Of a DNA stretch of 40,288 bases, positions 19,268 to 28,696 are shown one piece after another. Source of the DNA: Alphaproteobacteria bacterium UBA2562 (GTDB taxonomy: Bacteria; Pseudomonadota; Alphaproteobacteria; UBA2562); the NCBI GenBank assembly GCA_002340345.1, contig DDLW01000274.1:1-40288 (forward strand). The letters run 5' to 3'. Numbering within the stretch: the first letter of the stretch is position 1; each line of letters starts with the position of its first letter. A program made the position numbers and the translations under genes. The notes below the pieces were generated by a model, which saw only the letters and a program-made list of their open reading frames with translations, did no database searches and was not told the origin of the DNA.

Positions 19268-20250
19268 CTCTCCCGGCGGCTTAAACGCCCCCGGAACAAG
19301 GCGCGTTTGCTCTGGTCAATAGGGGCCTCTGTGGCTTCCAGTGGCTGGGCTTGAGAGGTTTGCTTTGCAAGGGCTTTCTCGGGCTTGGGCTTGGGCTTGG
19401 GCTTGGGCTTGGGTTGGGGTTGGGGTTGGGTTGGGGCGGCCTCTTCCTTGGCGAGACGCCCGCGGCCCAAAATTTCCTCCAAAGCCGAAAAGGCCGTCAG
19501 ACACGCAGCCTCTTGGGAGACAAAATCCCCCATCGGCGAAAACAGAGAACAGGATAAAACCATGCCAAGGCCCTCAACCTCGGCGGCGACAAACGGAAAG
19601 CGTCCGGCCGGGAGCACCCGCATTTCCTCATCGCCTGGGGCCAAACCGCCATCCCACCCCTGGGGCGCCGGTGGCAACAGCATGAGATTCAAACACCAAG
19701 GGGTCACCAACATGCCAATCACACAGCCCCAGCCTGGAATCTCATAGCGTTGAAAGCCAATCAAAGCGACCGAAAGATGCTCTTCATAAAGAGGAATGTC
19801 GCGCATGCGCACATCCGCCGCTCGATAGGTCGCAATCACCTGCCGGGCCATGGCGATCAAGGCCGCATCCTCTCCGGCCGCCCGCGCAATCGCGCCTTCA
19901 TTTAAAAGCTTGTCTTCTGGGATCGGCGCATGTTCTGCGTTTGCCTGGGCCGCTTCGACATATGCACTGACCGTCGATCCCGTCTCGATCACTGGTGGCA
20001 AAGCCCCAGAGGGGGGATTGGGATCATATTGGACCATGAATTGCCCTTTCGGCGCCGCACAGCCAGGGCATGTCCAGTGCTCGGGGAGGGCTTTAAACGC
20101 GGTTCCAGGCGGAATTTGCCAATATTCATCCCCCTCTGCCGGGTCATAGACCTGCCAGCAGACCCCACATTCCATGACCGCAGCGTCAGAGATACGATCG
20201 TCATCCCCAAGATAGCTGCCTTCAAATCCAGAGGGAGGCTGGGCTGTCAT
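19264..20250 (-). CDS. hupJ: Rubredoxin-HybE fusion (HupJ; HoxR plus HoxT equivalent)
   Basis: ECGVCW.VYDP.EGD...W.CPGC rubredoxin followed by LVTPWCLNL...LPAG...SCSLFSPM HybE domain and a (PQ)n(PK)n linker. Confidence 0.88.
   Translation of the reverse strand: MTAQPPSGFEGSYLGDDDRISDAAVMECGVCWQVYDPAEGDEYWQIPPGTAFKALPEHWTCPGCAAPKGQFMVQYDPNPPSGALPPVIETGSTVSAYVEAAQANAEHAPIPEDKLLNEGAIARAAGEDAALIAMARQVIATYRAADVRMRDIPLYEEHLSVALIGFQRYEIPGWGCVIGMLVTPWCLNLMLLPPAPQGWDGGLAPGDEEMRVLPAGRFPFVAAEVEGLGMVLSCSLFSPMGDFVSQEAACLTAFSALEEILGRGRLAKEEAAPTQPQPQPKPKPKPKPKPEKALAKQTSQAQPLEATEAPIDQSKRALFRGRLSRRER
19381..19436 (+). repeat. In-frame hexamer microsatellite (GGGCTT)5 then GGGTTG repeats; ten G-tracts
   Basis: GGGCTTGGGCTTGGGCTTGGGCTTGGGCTTGGGTTGGGGTTGGGGTTGGGTTGGGG; encodes the PTQPQPQPKPKPKPKPKP linker on the minus strand. 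Confidence 0.9.
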
Positions 20251-21131
20251 GACAAATAGGCCTCCAGCACCGCTTGTAAGCGCGCCGCCGCATCTCTGAA
20301 ATCTTCCACATGCGCCCGCGCCGCAATTGGCACATCGCCAATTTCTAAAGTCTCCAACACCGTATTGTCCATGGCATTGACAAAACGCACGGTCCAGACA
20401 GAGCGCCAGCGCGTCGCGGTGATTTTACAAAGCCCATAGCCGCGCGAGAGTATCTTAAGCGCCCCAGCCCCTAAAGTTTGTCCAAGAAAGGCCATATCGG
20501 CCTCATTCATGGGCAATAAGGTTAGATTTATCACATGATTCTCAGGTAACTCATGGTCCTTATCCTGATTTTGCGCCCAGATCCGCATGCGGTCCCGCAC
20601 TTCTGCGAGGACCGGCATCACATTCATCGCGCTTTCAGGAGCCTTTGCGATCTCTCCGGACAGATCTGTTGTCTCCTGGGCCAGAGACCGAATGACAGCT
20701 GGCACATCAGCGATCTCGATCCAATCGCCGATACACGCCCCAGACGCAGTGTGATCGAGGACCCGCCATAAGCCCGGCATGACCGCCTCTTGGATCTTGA
20801 GGTCACCGCCTTCGGGTTTTGTCGCGATCATGCTGACTTCGCCTTCCCCCAGGACTTGCGCCACCAAAGTGCGGCCTGACCCTGTAAGCTGGGAGAGGTC
20901 AAACCGCAGAGGCGCCATGGTCTTAGGGTCAAACGGCTCTAAGCTTGGCACCAAAGATTGCAACAGCGCCACGGCTTCAGGATTGTCCTGAACCAGGGCT
21001 TCGGCGCTCATCAAAGCCTGCCGCCGTTCTGTCTCACCCGCACCAAGATCATGGTAGGCTGTTGCGATTTGCATTGCCTCTGCGTCTTCTGTCGTCGGTT
21101 GTGGCCAGGGGGAGTCCGTTACTGTGCCCAT
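20247..21131 (-). CDS. hupH: Hydrogenase expression/formation protein HupH/HyaF/HoxQ
   Basis: LGEGEVS, IQEAVMPGLWRV, HVINLTLLP, SRGYG.C.I..T....VW.V.F.N, P..ARA..ED. Confidence 0.88.
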   Translation of the reverse strand: MGTVTDSPWPQPTTEDAEAMQIATAYHDLGAGETERRQALMSAEALVQDNPEAVALLQSLVPSLEPFDPKTMAPLRFDLSQLTGSGRTLVAQVLGEGEVSMIATKPEGGDLKIQEAVMPGLWRVLDHTASGACIGDWIEIADVPAVIRSLAQETTDLSGEIAKAPESAMNVMPVLAEVRDRMRIWAQNQDKDHELPENHVINLTLLPMNEADMAFLGQTLGAGALKILSRGYGLCKITATRWRSVWTVRFVNAMDNTVLETLEIGDVPIAARAHVEDFRDAAARLQAVLEAYLS

Positions 21132-21162
21132 TGTGCGCTTTATACCTTTCTCAATGATACTC

Positions 21163-21220
21163 TTTTCGCTTGCGCGAAAATGGGGCGACTTTTCGAGAAA
21201 AAGTCTGTCAAAAAGCTTTT
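21163..21220. repeat. Dispersed ~60-bp palindromic repeat, copy 2 (supplies the hupG stop codon)
   Basis: Matches 16757-16817; the minus-strand TGA at 21208-21210 lies inside it. Confidence 0.9.
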
Positions 21221-21642
21221 CTTTCTGTGCTCTTAAACATCTCTGTTTCTGGGGATGCGTCTAAAAAAGCGGCGGTTTGGGCCGCCATCTCTGTCCAAGG
21301 TTGAATTTGGGCGATGATCCCAAGAAAGCGACCCTCCCGTAGAAAAACAAGGGAGGGGAGTCTCAGAACCCCAAAGCGTGGCATGAGCATTATATCATCG
21401 CGCGGATCCATGACGCCCACCTGAAACCGGTCGGGGAAATGCGCCAAAAGTTCTGGCAGCACAACGGCAATATCATGGCTTTCCGGACGTTTTGCCGGAT
21501 CGCCGTGGAAAAACAAAATCTGATCGCCGGGTTGCCGAAGAAAAGCCTCGAGACTCTGTGCATCCAATCTTTGGCTGTCGGGCCGTACACAGAGCTTTTC
21601 AATCAAAGGAGAGGTCGGCAAGGGCAAAGTCCCGCCTGTCAT
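21208..21642 (-). CDS. hupG: Thioredoxin-like hydrogenase chaperone HupG/HyaE/HoxO
   Basis: GDP.KRPESHDIAVVLPEL, RFGV.RLPSLVFLR.G; start at 21642 follows AAGGA. Confidence 0.88.
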   Translation of the reverse strand: MTGGTLPLPTSPLIEKLCVRPDSQRLDAQSLEAFLRQPGDQILFFHGDPAKRPESHDIAVVLPELLAHFPDRFQVGVMDPRDDIMLMPRFGVLRLPSLVFLREGRFLGIIAQIQPWTEMAAQTAAFLDASPETEMFKSTERKAF

Positions 21643-21664
21643 CTGGAATCCTTTCCACAAAATC

Positions 21665-21985
21665 TTATGAGCGCAAATGCGCCGGCAATTCTGGTGCACG
21701 CGCCGTCAAATCCGCAAAAAGACGATCCACCGTTGCCGTCGGATCCGCCCCCGCCATCACCGCCTGGAGGGCTTCCAAGGCATCATTGATCTGCTGGGCG
21801 CTGGTTTCATCCAAAACCTGAATCGCGCTCTTGACATGAACAAGCACAAGGGTGCCTATCTCTTGTGGCCCGATGAGCGCGGCTTCGACCCAGCGTTCCG
21901 CGCCTTGCGGTCCCGCCCCATATCTTTCGACCTTGAAAAGACCATCCTGGATATCTGTAATCACCATGGGAAGGCCGATGCACAT
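21665..21985 (-). CDS. hupF: HypC/HupF-family chaperone with C-terminal extension (HupF/HoxL)
   Basis: MCIGLPM, VLVH...A, C-terminal LFADL..R.PELPAHLR tail typical of HupF/HoxL. Confidence 0.88.
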   Translation of the reverse strand: MCIGLPMVITDIQDGLFKVERYGAGPQGAERWVEAALIGPQEIGTLVLVHVKSAIQVLDETSAQQINDALEALQAVMAGADPTATVDRLFADLTARAPELPAHLRS

Positions 21986-21997
21986 GGAAAATCTCCC

Positions 21998-22103
21998 TTA
22001 AAGCCAAGCGCGTTACAGGGCGCGCGCCTTTAATGATGCGTTTTGCAACAAACAGAATGCTCTACAGTCATCCGTGGCCCAATTGCGCTGCGAATGACTC
22101 TAG
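21998..22103. repeat. RIME-like element, degenerate copy 2 (same orientation as 15467-15573)
   Basis: TTAAAGCCAAGCGCG...CGTTTTGCAACAAACAGAATGCTCTACAGTCATCCGTG...GCGAATGACTCTAG aligns end to end with copy 1. Confidence 0.8.
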
Positions 22104-22167
22104 GGTCATCCCTTTGATCCGTCTTCATGTTGTCAATTCAAAATTTTCAAAAGGACCTCCACCCATC

Positions 22168-23274
22168 GTGCTCAATGGCCTCCCAAGTTTCACTTTAGAT
22201 TCTGGACTCCTCACCCTCTATCACACGCCGCTTCTGGCGATAATCCTTGTCATCACGGCGATGATCCTTGATGGGATTTTTGGAGAACCGCCTTGGCTAT
22301 GGTCACGATGCCCCCATCCCGTTGTCTTGTTCGGCAGGCTTTTGACCTGGCTTGAGAACAAGACCAATCCGGCCTTTGATGCCGCCAACCGTCCCCTGGA
22401 TCCCCGCAAGCGCCGGAAAGCACTCTGGCGCGGGGGCGGTGTTTTGCTGCTCTATCTCAGCCTGCTTGTCCTGCCCGCCGGTCTTTTACAAGTGATCCTT
22501 CTTCAGATCCCTGGGGGTTGGCTGCTTGTCGCTGCTCTTTGTGCAATTTTGATCGCTCAGAAGAGTCTTGTCCAGCATGTTCGTGCCGTGGCACAGGCCA
22601 TGTCGACCGCCACATCCCCCGAAGACGCCCTTCAAGCGGGACGACAGGCGGTGTCTCTGATCGTTGGGCGCGATCCTGAGAGCTTGGATGCTGCTGGGGT
22701 TTGCCGCGCTGCCATTGAATCTTCTGCGGAGAATTTTTCCGATGGGGTTATCGCGCCGCTTTTTTGGGTACTGCTCGGCGGCTTGCCAGGATTGGTGTTT
22801 TATAAGGCCATCAATACCGCCGACAGCATGATTGGCCATCGCACAGAACGCTATGAAGCCTTTGGGAAAAGCGCCGCCCGTCTTGATGACCTGGTCAACG
22901 CTCTGCCCGCGCGGCTCACCGGGCTCTTGCTCTTGCTCACGAGCCTCTCCCCCACAAGCCACAAAAGCCATGAGCGCCCAGCCGGTTTTCTGCCTGCCCT
23001 GAAAGCCTTGATCCAGGATGCCCCCCACCATAAAAGCCCCAATGCCGGATGGCCCGAAGCGGCCATGGCTGGGATCTTAGGGCTTGCCTTAGCCGGCCCC
23101 CGCCGCTATGGCCAGGACATTGTCGAGGATCCTTGGATGAACCGCCAGGGCAGCCCTTTGGCAACACCTGAAGATATTGTTAAAGCCCTGCGCTGTCTCT
23201 GGCAAAGCTGGGCCTTGGTCTTGGCCGGGCTGTGTTGTGGCGCGGTTTTGTCGATTTGGCTGTCTAACGTTTGA
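22168..23274 (+). CDS. cobD: Adenosylcobinamide-phosphate synthase CbiB/CobD
   Basis: GEP.....HPV, IVGRD, RAAIES.AENFSDGVIAP, YKAINTADSMIG, SPNAGWPEAA; GTG start at 22168 after AAGGA (the ORF-track extension runs through the repeat). Confidence 0.93.
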   Translation: MLNGLPSFTLDSGLLTLYHTPLLAIILVITAMILDGIFGEPPWLWSRCPHPVVLFGRLLTWLENKTNPAFDAANRPLDPRKRRKALWRGGGVLLLYLSLLVLPAGLLQVILLQIPGGWLLVAALCAILIAQKSLVQHVRAVAQAMSTATSPEDALQAGRQAVSLIVGRDPESLDAAGVCRAAIESSAENFSDGVIAPLFWVLLGGLPGLVFYKAINTADSMIGHRTERYEAFGKSAARLDDLVNALPARLTGLLLLLTSLSPTSHKSHERPAGFLPALKALIQDAPHHKSPNAGWPEAAMAGILGLALAGPRRYGQDIVEDPWMNRQGSPLATPEDIVKALRCLWQSWALVLAGLCCGAVLSIWLSNV

Positions 23275-24097
23275 TTTCAAGCTGTTCAATATTGCGCCTT
23301 GCCGCATCTCCCACCGCACTATGCGGCGCCAAAAGCACGACATTGCGCCAATCTTTCCGCGCGGCTTCAATATCCCCCATCACTTGGCGAATATTGCCAC
23401 GCTCGAACAAAGCATCGGGGTCATCCGGGCGCAGCTTCAACGCCTGCTCGATATCCCGCAAAGCATCCCTGGGGTGGGAGAGCCGCCGCAAGGCATTGGC
23501 ACGGAAAATATAGGCCTGAGGATCTTGGCTCCCAAGGCCTATCGCTTGATTTAAGTCGCTCAGCGCGCCATCAAACCGCCCCGCTTGTCCGCGAATCATC
23601 CCGCGATCGATCAAAAATTGCGGATCCTTCGGTTTGAGATGAAGAGCGTAACTGATCGCTTCTTCCGCCGCCTTCAGATCCTCATTCAGCATCCAGGCCT
23701 GGGCGGCTTGGGCCATCAAATCCGCACGCATATTTTGATCCGCCGCCCGGCTGTCCTGGGCAATCACTTGCAAGCGATGGGCCGCATGCTGATATTTCCC
23801 CATTTCAATCAAGGCCGTTGCCGCACAATGTTGCGCCGCATCGCCACCGCCTTGGTCAGCCCAAGCCAAAGCCGCTTCAAACGCATCATTGGCATTCCGG
23901 CGCGCCAAACGCATACAAGATTGATATTGTGCCGCATGATCAATGCTCGCCGCCCAAACAGGGTTTTCGCCCCCATCAAAGGACAAAACCGTCACAGCAA
24001 ACGCCCCAACGCCCCAGAGCATTAAGGGAAAGCGCGATATGGGAAACGGCCACAGAGAGCCTTTTGGGGTGCTCTTGCTCAAACCAGCCATAGCCAT
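23264..24097 (-). CDS. Exported tetratricopeptide-repeat protein
   Basis: Hydrophobic N-terminal segment; repeated A...RG...G...A..D...A..L.P helical TPR pattern. Confidence 0.85.
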   Translation of the reverse strand: MAMAGLSKSTPKGSLWPFPISRFPLMLWGVGAFAVTVLSFDGGENPVWAASIDHAAQYQSCMRLARRNANDAFEAALAWADQGGGDAAQHCAATALIEMGKYQHAAHRLQVIAQDSRAADQNMRADLMAQAAQAWMLNEDLKAAEEAISYALHLKPKDPQFLIDRGMIRGQAGRFDGALSDLNQAIGLGSQDPQAYIFRANALRRLSHPRDALRDIEQALKLRPDDPDALFERGNIRQVMGDIEAARKDWRNVVLLAPHSAVGDAARRNIEQLEIKR

Positions 24098-24164
24098 CTC
24101 CTCTCACACTTACAGATCCACACCATAGGGCAGGTCCACACCACAGGGAAAATTACAGGGCCTC

Positions 24165-25046
24165 TTATGACGTTTGGCGATTGCGCGCTTGTGCTTTTAA
24201 ACGATAGGGATGACATGGATAGACTCCCAAAATCCGCACTTCACGCGAGAAAAAGCCGAGTTCCTCCAAAGCCAAACGCACAAGCCGTTCTTCGGGATGT
24301 CCCTCGATATCCGCATAGAACTGCGCAACATCAAAATTGTCACCCGCCATATAGCTTTCGAGCTTCGTAATATTCACACCATTGGTCGCAAAGCCTCCGA
24401 GGGCTTTATACAAAGCCGCTGGCACACTGCGAACTTTGAAGAAAAAGCTGGTCATGGTCGGACCCTCTTCAAGTTCCGGATGCTCCGGCTCTTTGGCCAT
24501 GATCAGAAAGCGTGTCGTATTATGCTCAAAATCTTCAATATCACTGGCAAGACTCGCAAGACCATAGATTTGTGCCGCAAGGCTCGACGCAATCACACCA
24601 ATATGGCGTTTTTGGGTTTCCTTCAATTCCGCAGCAGCCCCAGCGGTATCCGCATGAATCACCGCCTCTAAACCATGGTCCCGAATGAAATTTCGGCATT
24701 GCGACAAAGCATGCACATGGCTGTGAATCTCTGTCAATTCTTCCAAAGCAACACCCGGCAAAGCCAGCACATGGTGATTCACCCGTTGATAATGTTCGCC
24801 AATAATATGCAAACCAGAATGCGGCAATAGATGATGGATATCCGCAACCCGCCCTGCAATGGAGTTATCCACAGGAATCATTCCCAGATCCGCTTTTTTG
24901 TCTCTCACGGCTGAAAAAGCGCTTTCAAAAGATTTGCACGGTAAAGCCTCTAAGTCCGGAAAGGCTTCTTGGCATGCAAGATTGGAATAAGCGCCTGGCG
25001 CCCCTTGAAAGGCAACGATTTTCGGTGTGAAAGAAAGCGTCTGCAT
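24165..25046 (-). CDS. pheA: Prephenate dehydratase
   Basis: AFQGAPGAYS, DNSIAGRV, HSHVHALSQC, DTAGAA, NTTRF, TKLESY; start MQTLS at 25046 after AGGA. Confidence 0.96.
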   Translation of the reverse strand: MQTLSFTPKIVAFQGAPGAYSNLACQEAFPDLEALPCKSFESAFSAVRDKKADLGMIPVDNSIAGRVADIHHLLPHSGLHIIGEHYQRVNHHVLALPGVALEELTEIHSHVHALSQCRNFIRDHGLEAVIHADTAGAAAELKETQKRHIGVIASSLAAQIYGLASLASDIEDFEHNTTRFLIMAKEPEHPELEEGPTMTSFFFKVRSVPAALYKALGGFATNGVNITKLESYMAGDNFDVAQFYADIEGHPEERLVRLALEELGFFSREVRILGVYPCHPYRLKAQARNRQTS

Positions 25047-25326
25047 AGAGTGTGTGATCCTAGTGCGTCTTCGTCCAAGAAACAAAGCACAATGCTGTAG
25101 AATGGCGATGAAAGCATGCTATAAAGAGCCAATGTTAGGAGTCTCTCCTGTTCCAAGAATAAACAAAGCCGCTTTGATCAGAGAGAAGGTGGCCGGGAGT
25201 ATCTGCCGGTGTTTTCTTTCTGTCAATCCCGCTGCGCTTTGCGCTAAAATCAACGTCACAGATCGTAAACTTGCTATAAAAATCCCATTTCCTGACAAGA
25301 GCCATGGACATCGCCGCTACAAACCG

Positions 25327-25434
25327 CTAAAGCAAAGTCTGAACAAATGGAATCGCTGGAACAATGGAGTTTGCGACCGCAACCATGGTCTAAAGCAGAG
25401 CGGGTCAGATCAGCGCAAGATGACCCTGTTCCTT
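25327..25434. repeat. Possible highly degenerate RIME-like element, copy 3
   Basis: CTAAAGCAAAG...TGGAATC...TTTGCG...TCTAAAG followed by a GGGTCA/TGACCC hairpin; similar length and register to copy 1. Confidence 0.5.
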
Positions 25435-25544
25435 TTGCCCAAACCGCTATGTCAGAGCATCGCTTTGGTTTCCATAAGAACATGCCATGCTCTTATATCT
25501 GCGTCACAATTTTCCATTGATCGCTTAATAAGAGGTCCTTCGAC

Positions 25545-26207
25545 ATGAACTTTATGGACATTTTCAAATTGTTGCTTGGCGTTTTGCTGGCCGGAGTCAT
25601 TGGGCTGGGCGCGGCTCAAATGGCTGACCTGACCAGCTCCGCTTCTGTCCCCGCCAAAATGGCGTATCCCATTGCCGCTGATGCCGACAGCAGCCAAGCC
25701 GCTAATGCAGGTGCCGATACCGAAAAAGCTGAAGAGTCCGTCCTCGATCTGCTGGTCACAGCATCGGCGGAAAAAGGCAAAAAAGTGGCAAAGAAATGCA
25801 CAGCTTGCCATACCTTTGACCAAGGAGGCCCCAATCGCACCGGTCCAAATCTGTGGGATGTTGTCAATAAAGCAAAAGCATCCGCAGAGGGCTTCTCCTA
25901 TTCAAACGGTCTGGCTGCTATGGGAGCTGCCGGAGAAGTTTGGACCTATGAATCGATTGATAAGCTGATTCTGAAACCGAAAGCCTATATCTCTGATACC
26001 AAAATGAGCTTTGCAGGCCTGAAAAAAGTCAAAGATCGTGCGAATATGATCGCTTATCTGCGCAGCTTATCCGACAGCCCTGCCCCGCTGCCCACAGACG
26101 CTGCAGAAGCAACAGACGCAACAGAAGCCGAAATGGCACCAGCATCTGAAGACATGCCCGCCGCCACAGACAGTGAGGCACCAGCAGACGCAACAACAGC
26201 GCAGTAA
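25545..26207 (+). CDS. cycM: Membrane-anchored class I cytochrome c (CycM/c2-like) with acidic Ala-rich tail
   Basis: N-terminal hydrophobic anchor, CTACH heme site, GPNLW, TKMSFAGL Met ligand. Confidence 0.88.
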   Translation: MNFMDIFKLLLGVLLAGVIGLGAAQMADLTSSASVPAKMAYPIAADADSSQAANAGADTEKAEESVLDLLVTASAEKGKKVAKKCTACHTFDQGGPNRTGPNLWDVVNKAKASAEGFSYSNGLAAMGAAGEVWTYESIDKLILKPKAYISDTKMSFAGLKKVKDRANMIAYLRSLSDSPAPLPTDAAEATDATEAEMAPASEDMPAATDSEAPADATTAQ

Positions 26208-26229
26208 GAATGTCTTTTTTCTTACAATG

Positions 26230-26267
26230 AAAAAAGCGGTCAATTGGCATCAATTGGCCGCTTTTTT
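26230..26267 (+). terminator. Intrinsic (probably bidirectional) terminator after the cytochrome c gene
   Basis: AAAAAAGCGGTCAATTG-GCAT-CAATTGGCCGCTTTTTT. Confidence 0.85.
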
Positions 26268-26529
26268 ATTATAAAACAAAAATATAGAGTTTTTCTGATC
26301 TGATAAAACGCACAACAGCCTTATGGTTTGATCCCAACCAAAAATTCTATTGTAAACTTTAAGTCCCTTCCTGCATTGCAGAATTCCGTCTTAAAAAATG
26401 AGTAAAGTTTTATGATTCAATTTTAAATAAAATATTCAAAAAATGATGGAATATTGTTTAAGACCTCAAATAGAGGCTTCATTTCGCTATTTTCTTGCTT
26501 TGATATTTTAATAACAATCTTATTATATT

Positions 26530-26548
26530 TTCATTTGTTCTTAACCAT
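26530..26548 (+). promoter_or_regulatory. Possible CtrA site upstream of the globin-coupled chemoreceptor
   Basis: TTCA-N7-TTAACCAT, one mismatch to TTAA-N7-TTAAC and containing the TTAACCAT half-site; the region is AT-rich so a chance match is possible. Confidence 0.35.
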
Positions 26549-26964
26549 AAAGAAAATCTGCATCTTCTAGAAGGTCATAGAAATATTATGGTCTTCTCTG
26601 AAAAAGAATGGCCATTTTTTTACCATGGTTTTTTCTATAAGAAAATTTGTTACTGGTCTCTCTCCCTCTTTTGTCACTCATATTGATGAGACTTCTCTGC
26701 CCCTCCAAATATCGTGTCAGATAATAAATTTACATCAAAATAATATACTTTAAGAATAAAACGAGGATCATTTTCCACTGCTGAGTAAAAAAGTCGCATC
26801 CCTCTAAAAGGGGAATAATCCAATTGAAGTCTTTCTTAAAAAATTTATATTCTGTCCTGGAGAAACGGCTTTAGAATCTTATATCTCATTTTCGAATAAT
26901 GAGAAGAGTCTCTCTTTTTTTCTATATATGTGAAAATACATATCGAGAGGTCTTAATAATTGCT

Positions 26965-28677
26965 ATGGGTGCAAAGAGCATGGCGTTTGACTCTCCTTTT
27001 GCAGAAAAATTGTCTTATTATGGCCTAAGCCTCGAATTTATCGATATACTTATCGATTATAAACCTTCCTTAGAGAAAAAACTTCCAAACCTTCTTGATG
27101 GTTTTTATGAGTCCCTGACTCAACATTCTTTTTCGCAGGATTTTCCTGAAAATGACAACCTTATAGATTTGAAAGAAAACCAAAAAAGACATTGGACCCT
27201 CCTCTTTTCCTGCCAATTTGACGCAGCCCTTCTAGACAGCGCCCATAAAATCGGTGTTTGCCATGCCCAAGCCGGTATCAAGCCTGCCTTTTACATGGGA
27301 GGGTATAGCTATATTTCTCGCCATCTCATGTCTTATGCCGCGTCTTTGTCAACATTCCGTACAAAAAAAACAGCACAGCTTTTACAGGCGATTAACAGCC
27401 TTATCCTGTTCGACATGGATCTGACCCTCTCCAGCTATCTTGTCGCCGCGCAAAAAAGATCCCAAGACATCGCCAGAGCAGACTTTGCAGACCATCTGAT
27501 GGACCGTTCTGTGTCACTGTCCATGGCAACATGCAATGTGGTTTACAGTGATGCGCGCATGCTTTTTGGCCTCGAAAATGTTGATCAAAAAGCCCAAAAA
27601 GTCTCCCACTCTTTGTCTGGCTTCGTTGGCGATCTCCAAGCTGTTGAAGGCGAAAGCCGTACCGCTGCCGAAGCCTCCCTTGAGAACCATAAAGACGTTC
27701 TCAATGCCCAAGACGCCATGCAAGACGCCATGACCAGCATGGACCAAGTTGCCCAAGCCGTCGAAATGACCTCTGAGCGCATGCGGGCCTTGATTGATGC
27801 GGCAAATCAAATCTCGAGCATGGTGCAATCCATCGAAGATATTGCCAGCCAAACCAATCTTCTTGCCTTGAATGCCACCATCGAGGCCGCCCGTGCTGGC
27901 GAAGCCGGGCGCGGTTTTGCCGTCGTTGCCGGGGAGGTCAAAACACTCTCCAGTCAAACCGCCAAGGCAACAGAAGATATCCGCGAGCGCATTACCCGAC
28001 TTGAAACAGAGATTCTCGCCATCGAAGCCAGCATGGCAGAAAGCACCGAGGCTGTGACCTTAGGCCAAAACCGTATTCGCCAAACCGGCACCCAGATGCT
28101 GACCGTTGCAAAACAGGCCGATGAAACCGCGCAACAAATGGGCGGCATGTCGCATCGTTTGATCGAGAAAACCCATTCGGCGCAGAAAGTTTCGCAAGAT
28201 GCCGAGGATATTGTCGATTTTACCCAGCAAAATGTGCAATCCATCACCCATAGCCTGACCGCTATGCATGATGTCGAAGCTTTGCTCAGCACCCTTGTCG
28301 AGGAACTTGGGGAATATGACATCCCCAACCGCATTGTGCGTCTTGCAAAAAAAGATCACTTGGTTTGGAAGAAGAATCTCGCCGAGGCCTTTGTCGGCAC
28401 CATAAGCTTGAAACATCATGAATTATCAGACCATTGTTCTTGCCGCCTGGGACAATGGTACTACAATGAGGGCCAAGCCCGTATGAAGGATTTACCCGCC
28501 TTCCAACGCTTAGAGGCCCCCCATAAAGCGCTTCACGCTTCAGGTATTCGCGCCTTGGAACTGCTGGAGCAGGGGCAAATTGAGCAGGCCTTATCTGCTT
28601 TAAGTGATGTTGACCGCGCCTCGCAAGAGGTCATCGCCCTTCTGGATGAGCTCATCGCGCATAATCAAGAGCCTTAA
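26965..28677 (+). CDS. Soluble chemoreceptor: protoglobin + MCP signalling domain + C-terminal CZB domain
   Basis: FYESL...LKENQKRHW...[19 protein letters not shown] globin; MCP hairpin; DHLVWK...[11 protein letters not shown]...HKALH CZB; start uncertain (26899/26965/26980). Confidence 0.9.
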   Translation: MGAKSMAFDSPFAEKLSYYGLSLEFIDILIDYKPSLEKKLPNLLDGFYESLTQHSFSQDFPENDNLIDLKENQKRHWTLLFSCQFDAALLDSAHKIGVCHAQAGIKPAFYMGGYSYISRHLMSYAASLSTFRTKKTAQLLQAINSLILFDMDLTLSSYLVAAQKRSQDIARADFADHLMDRSVSLSMATCNVVYSDARMLFGLENVDQKAQKVSHSLSGFVGDLQAVEGESRTAAEASLENHKDVLNAQDAMQDAMTSMDQVAQAVEMTSERMRALIDAANQISSMVQSIEDIASQTNLLALNATIEAARAGEAGRGFAVVAGEVKTLSSQTAKATEDIRERITRLETEILAIEASMAESTEAVTLGQNRIRQTGTQMLTVAKQADETAQQMGGMSHRLIEKTHSAQKVSQDAEDIVDFTQQNVQSITHSLTAMHDVEALLSTLVEELGEYDIPNRIVRLAKKDHLVWKKNLAEAFVGTISLKHHELSDHCSCRLGQWYYNEGQARMKDLPAFQRLEAPHKALHASGIRALELLEQGQIEQALSALSDVDRASQEVIALLDELIAHNQEP

Positions 28678-28696
28678 GACGAAAGCCATTGCAATC

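Noticed and set aside
22033-22167. N-terminal extension of CobD in the ORF track
   Set aside because: It reads through the RIME-like element; a GTG with AAGGA at 22168 is a better start
25027-25548. 173-aa plus-strand ORF, or an rnpB/ssrA-type RNA, between pheA and cycM
   Set aside because: The ORF overlaps both neighbours and the degenerate repeat with no protein motif; no RNase P or tmRNA signature seen
26328-26341. FNR-like box TTGAT-CCCA-ACCAA
   Set aside because: One mismatch, over 600 bp from the nearest downstream start, in AT-rich DNA
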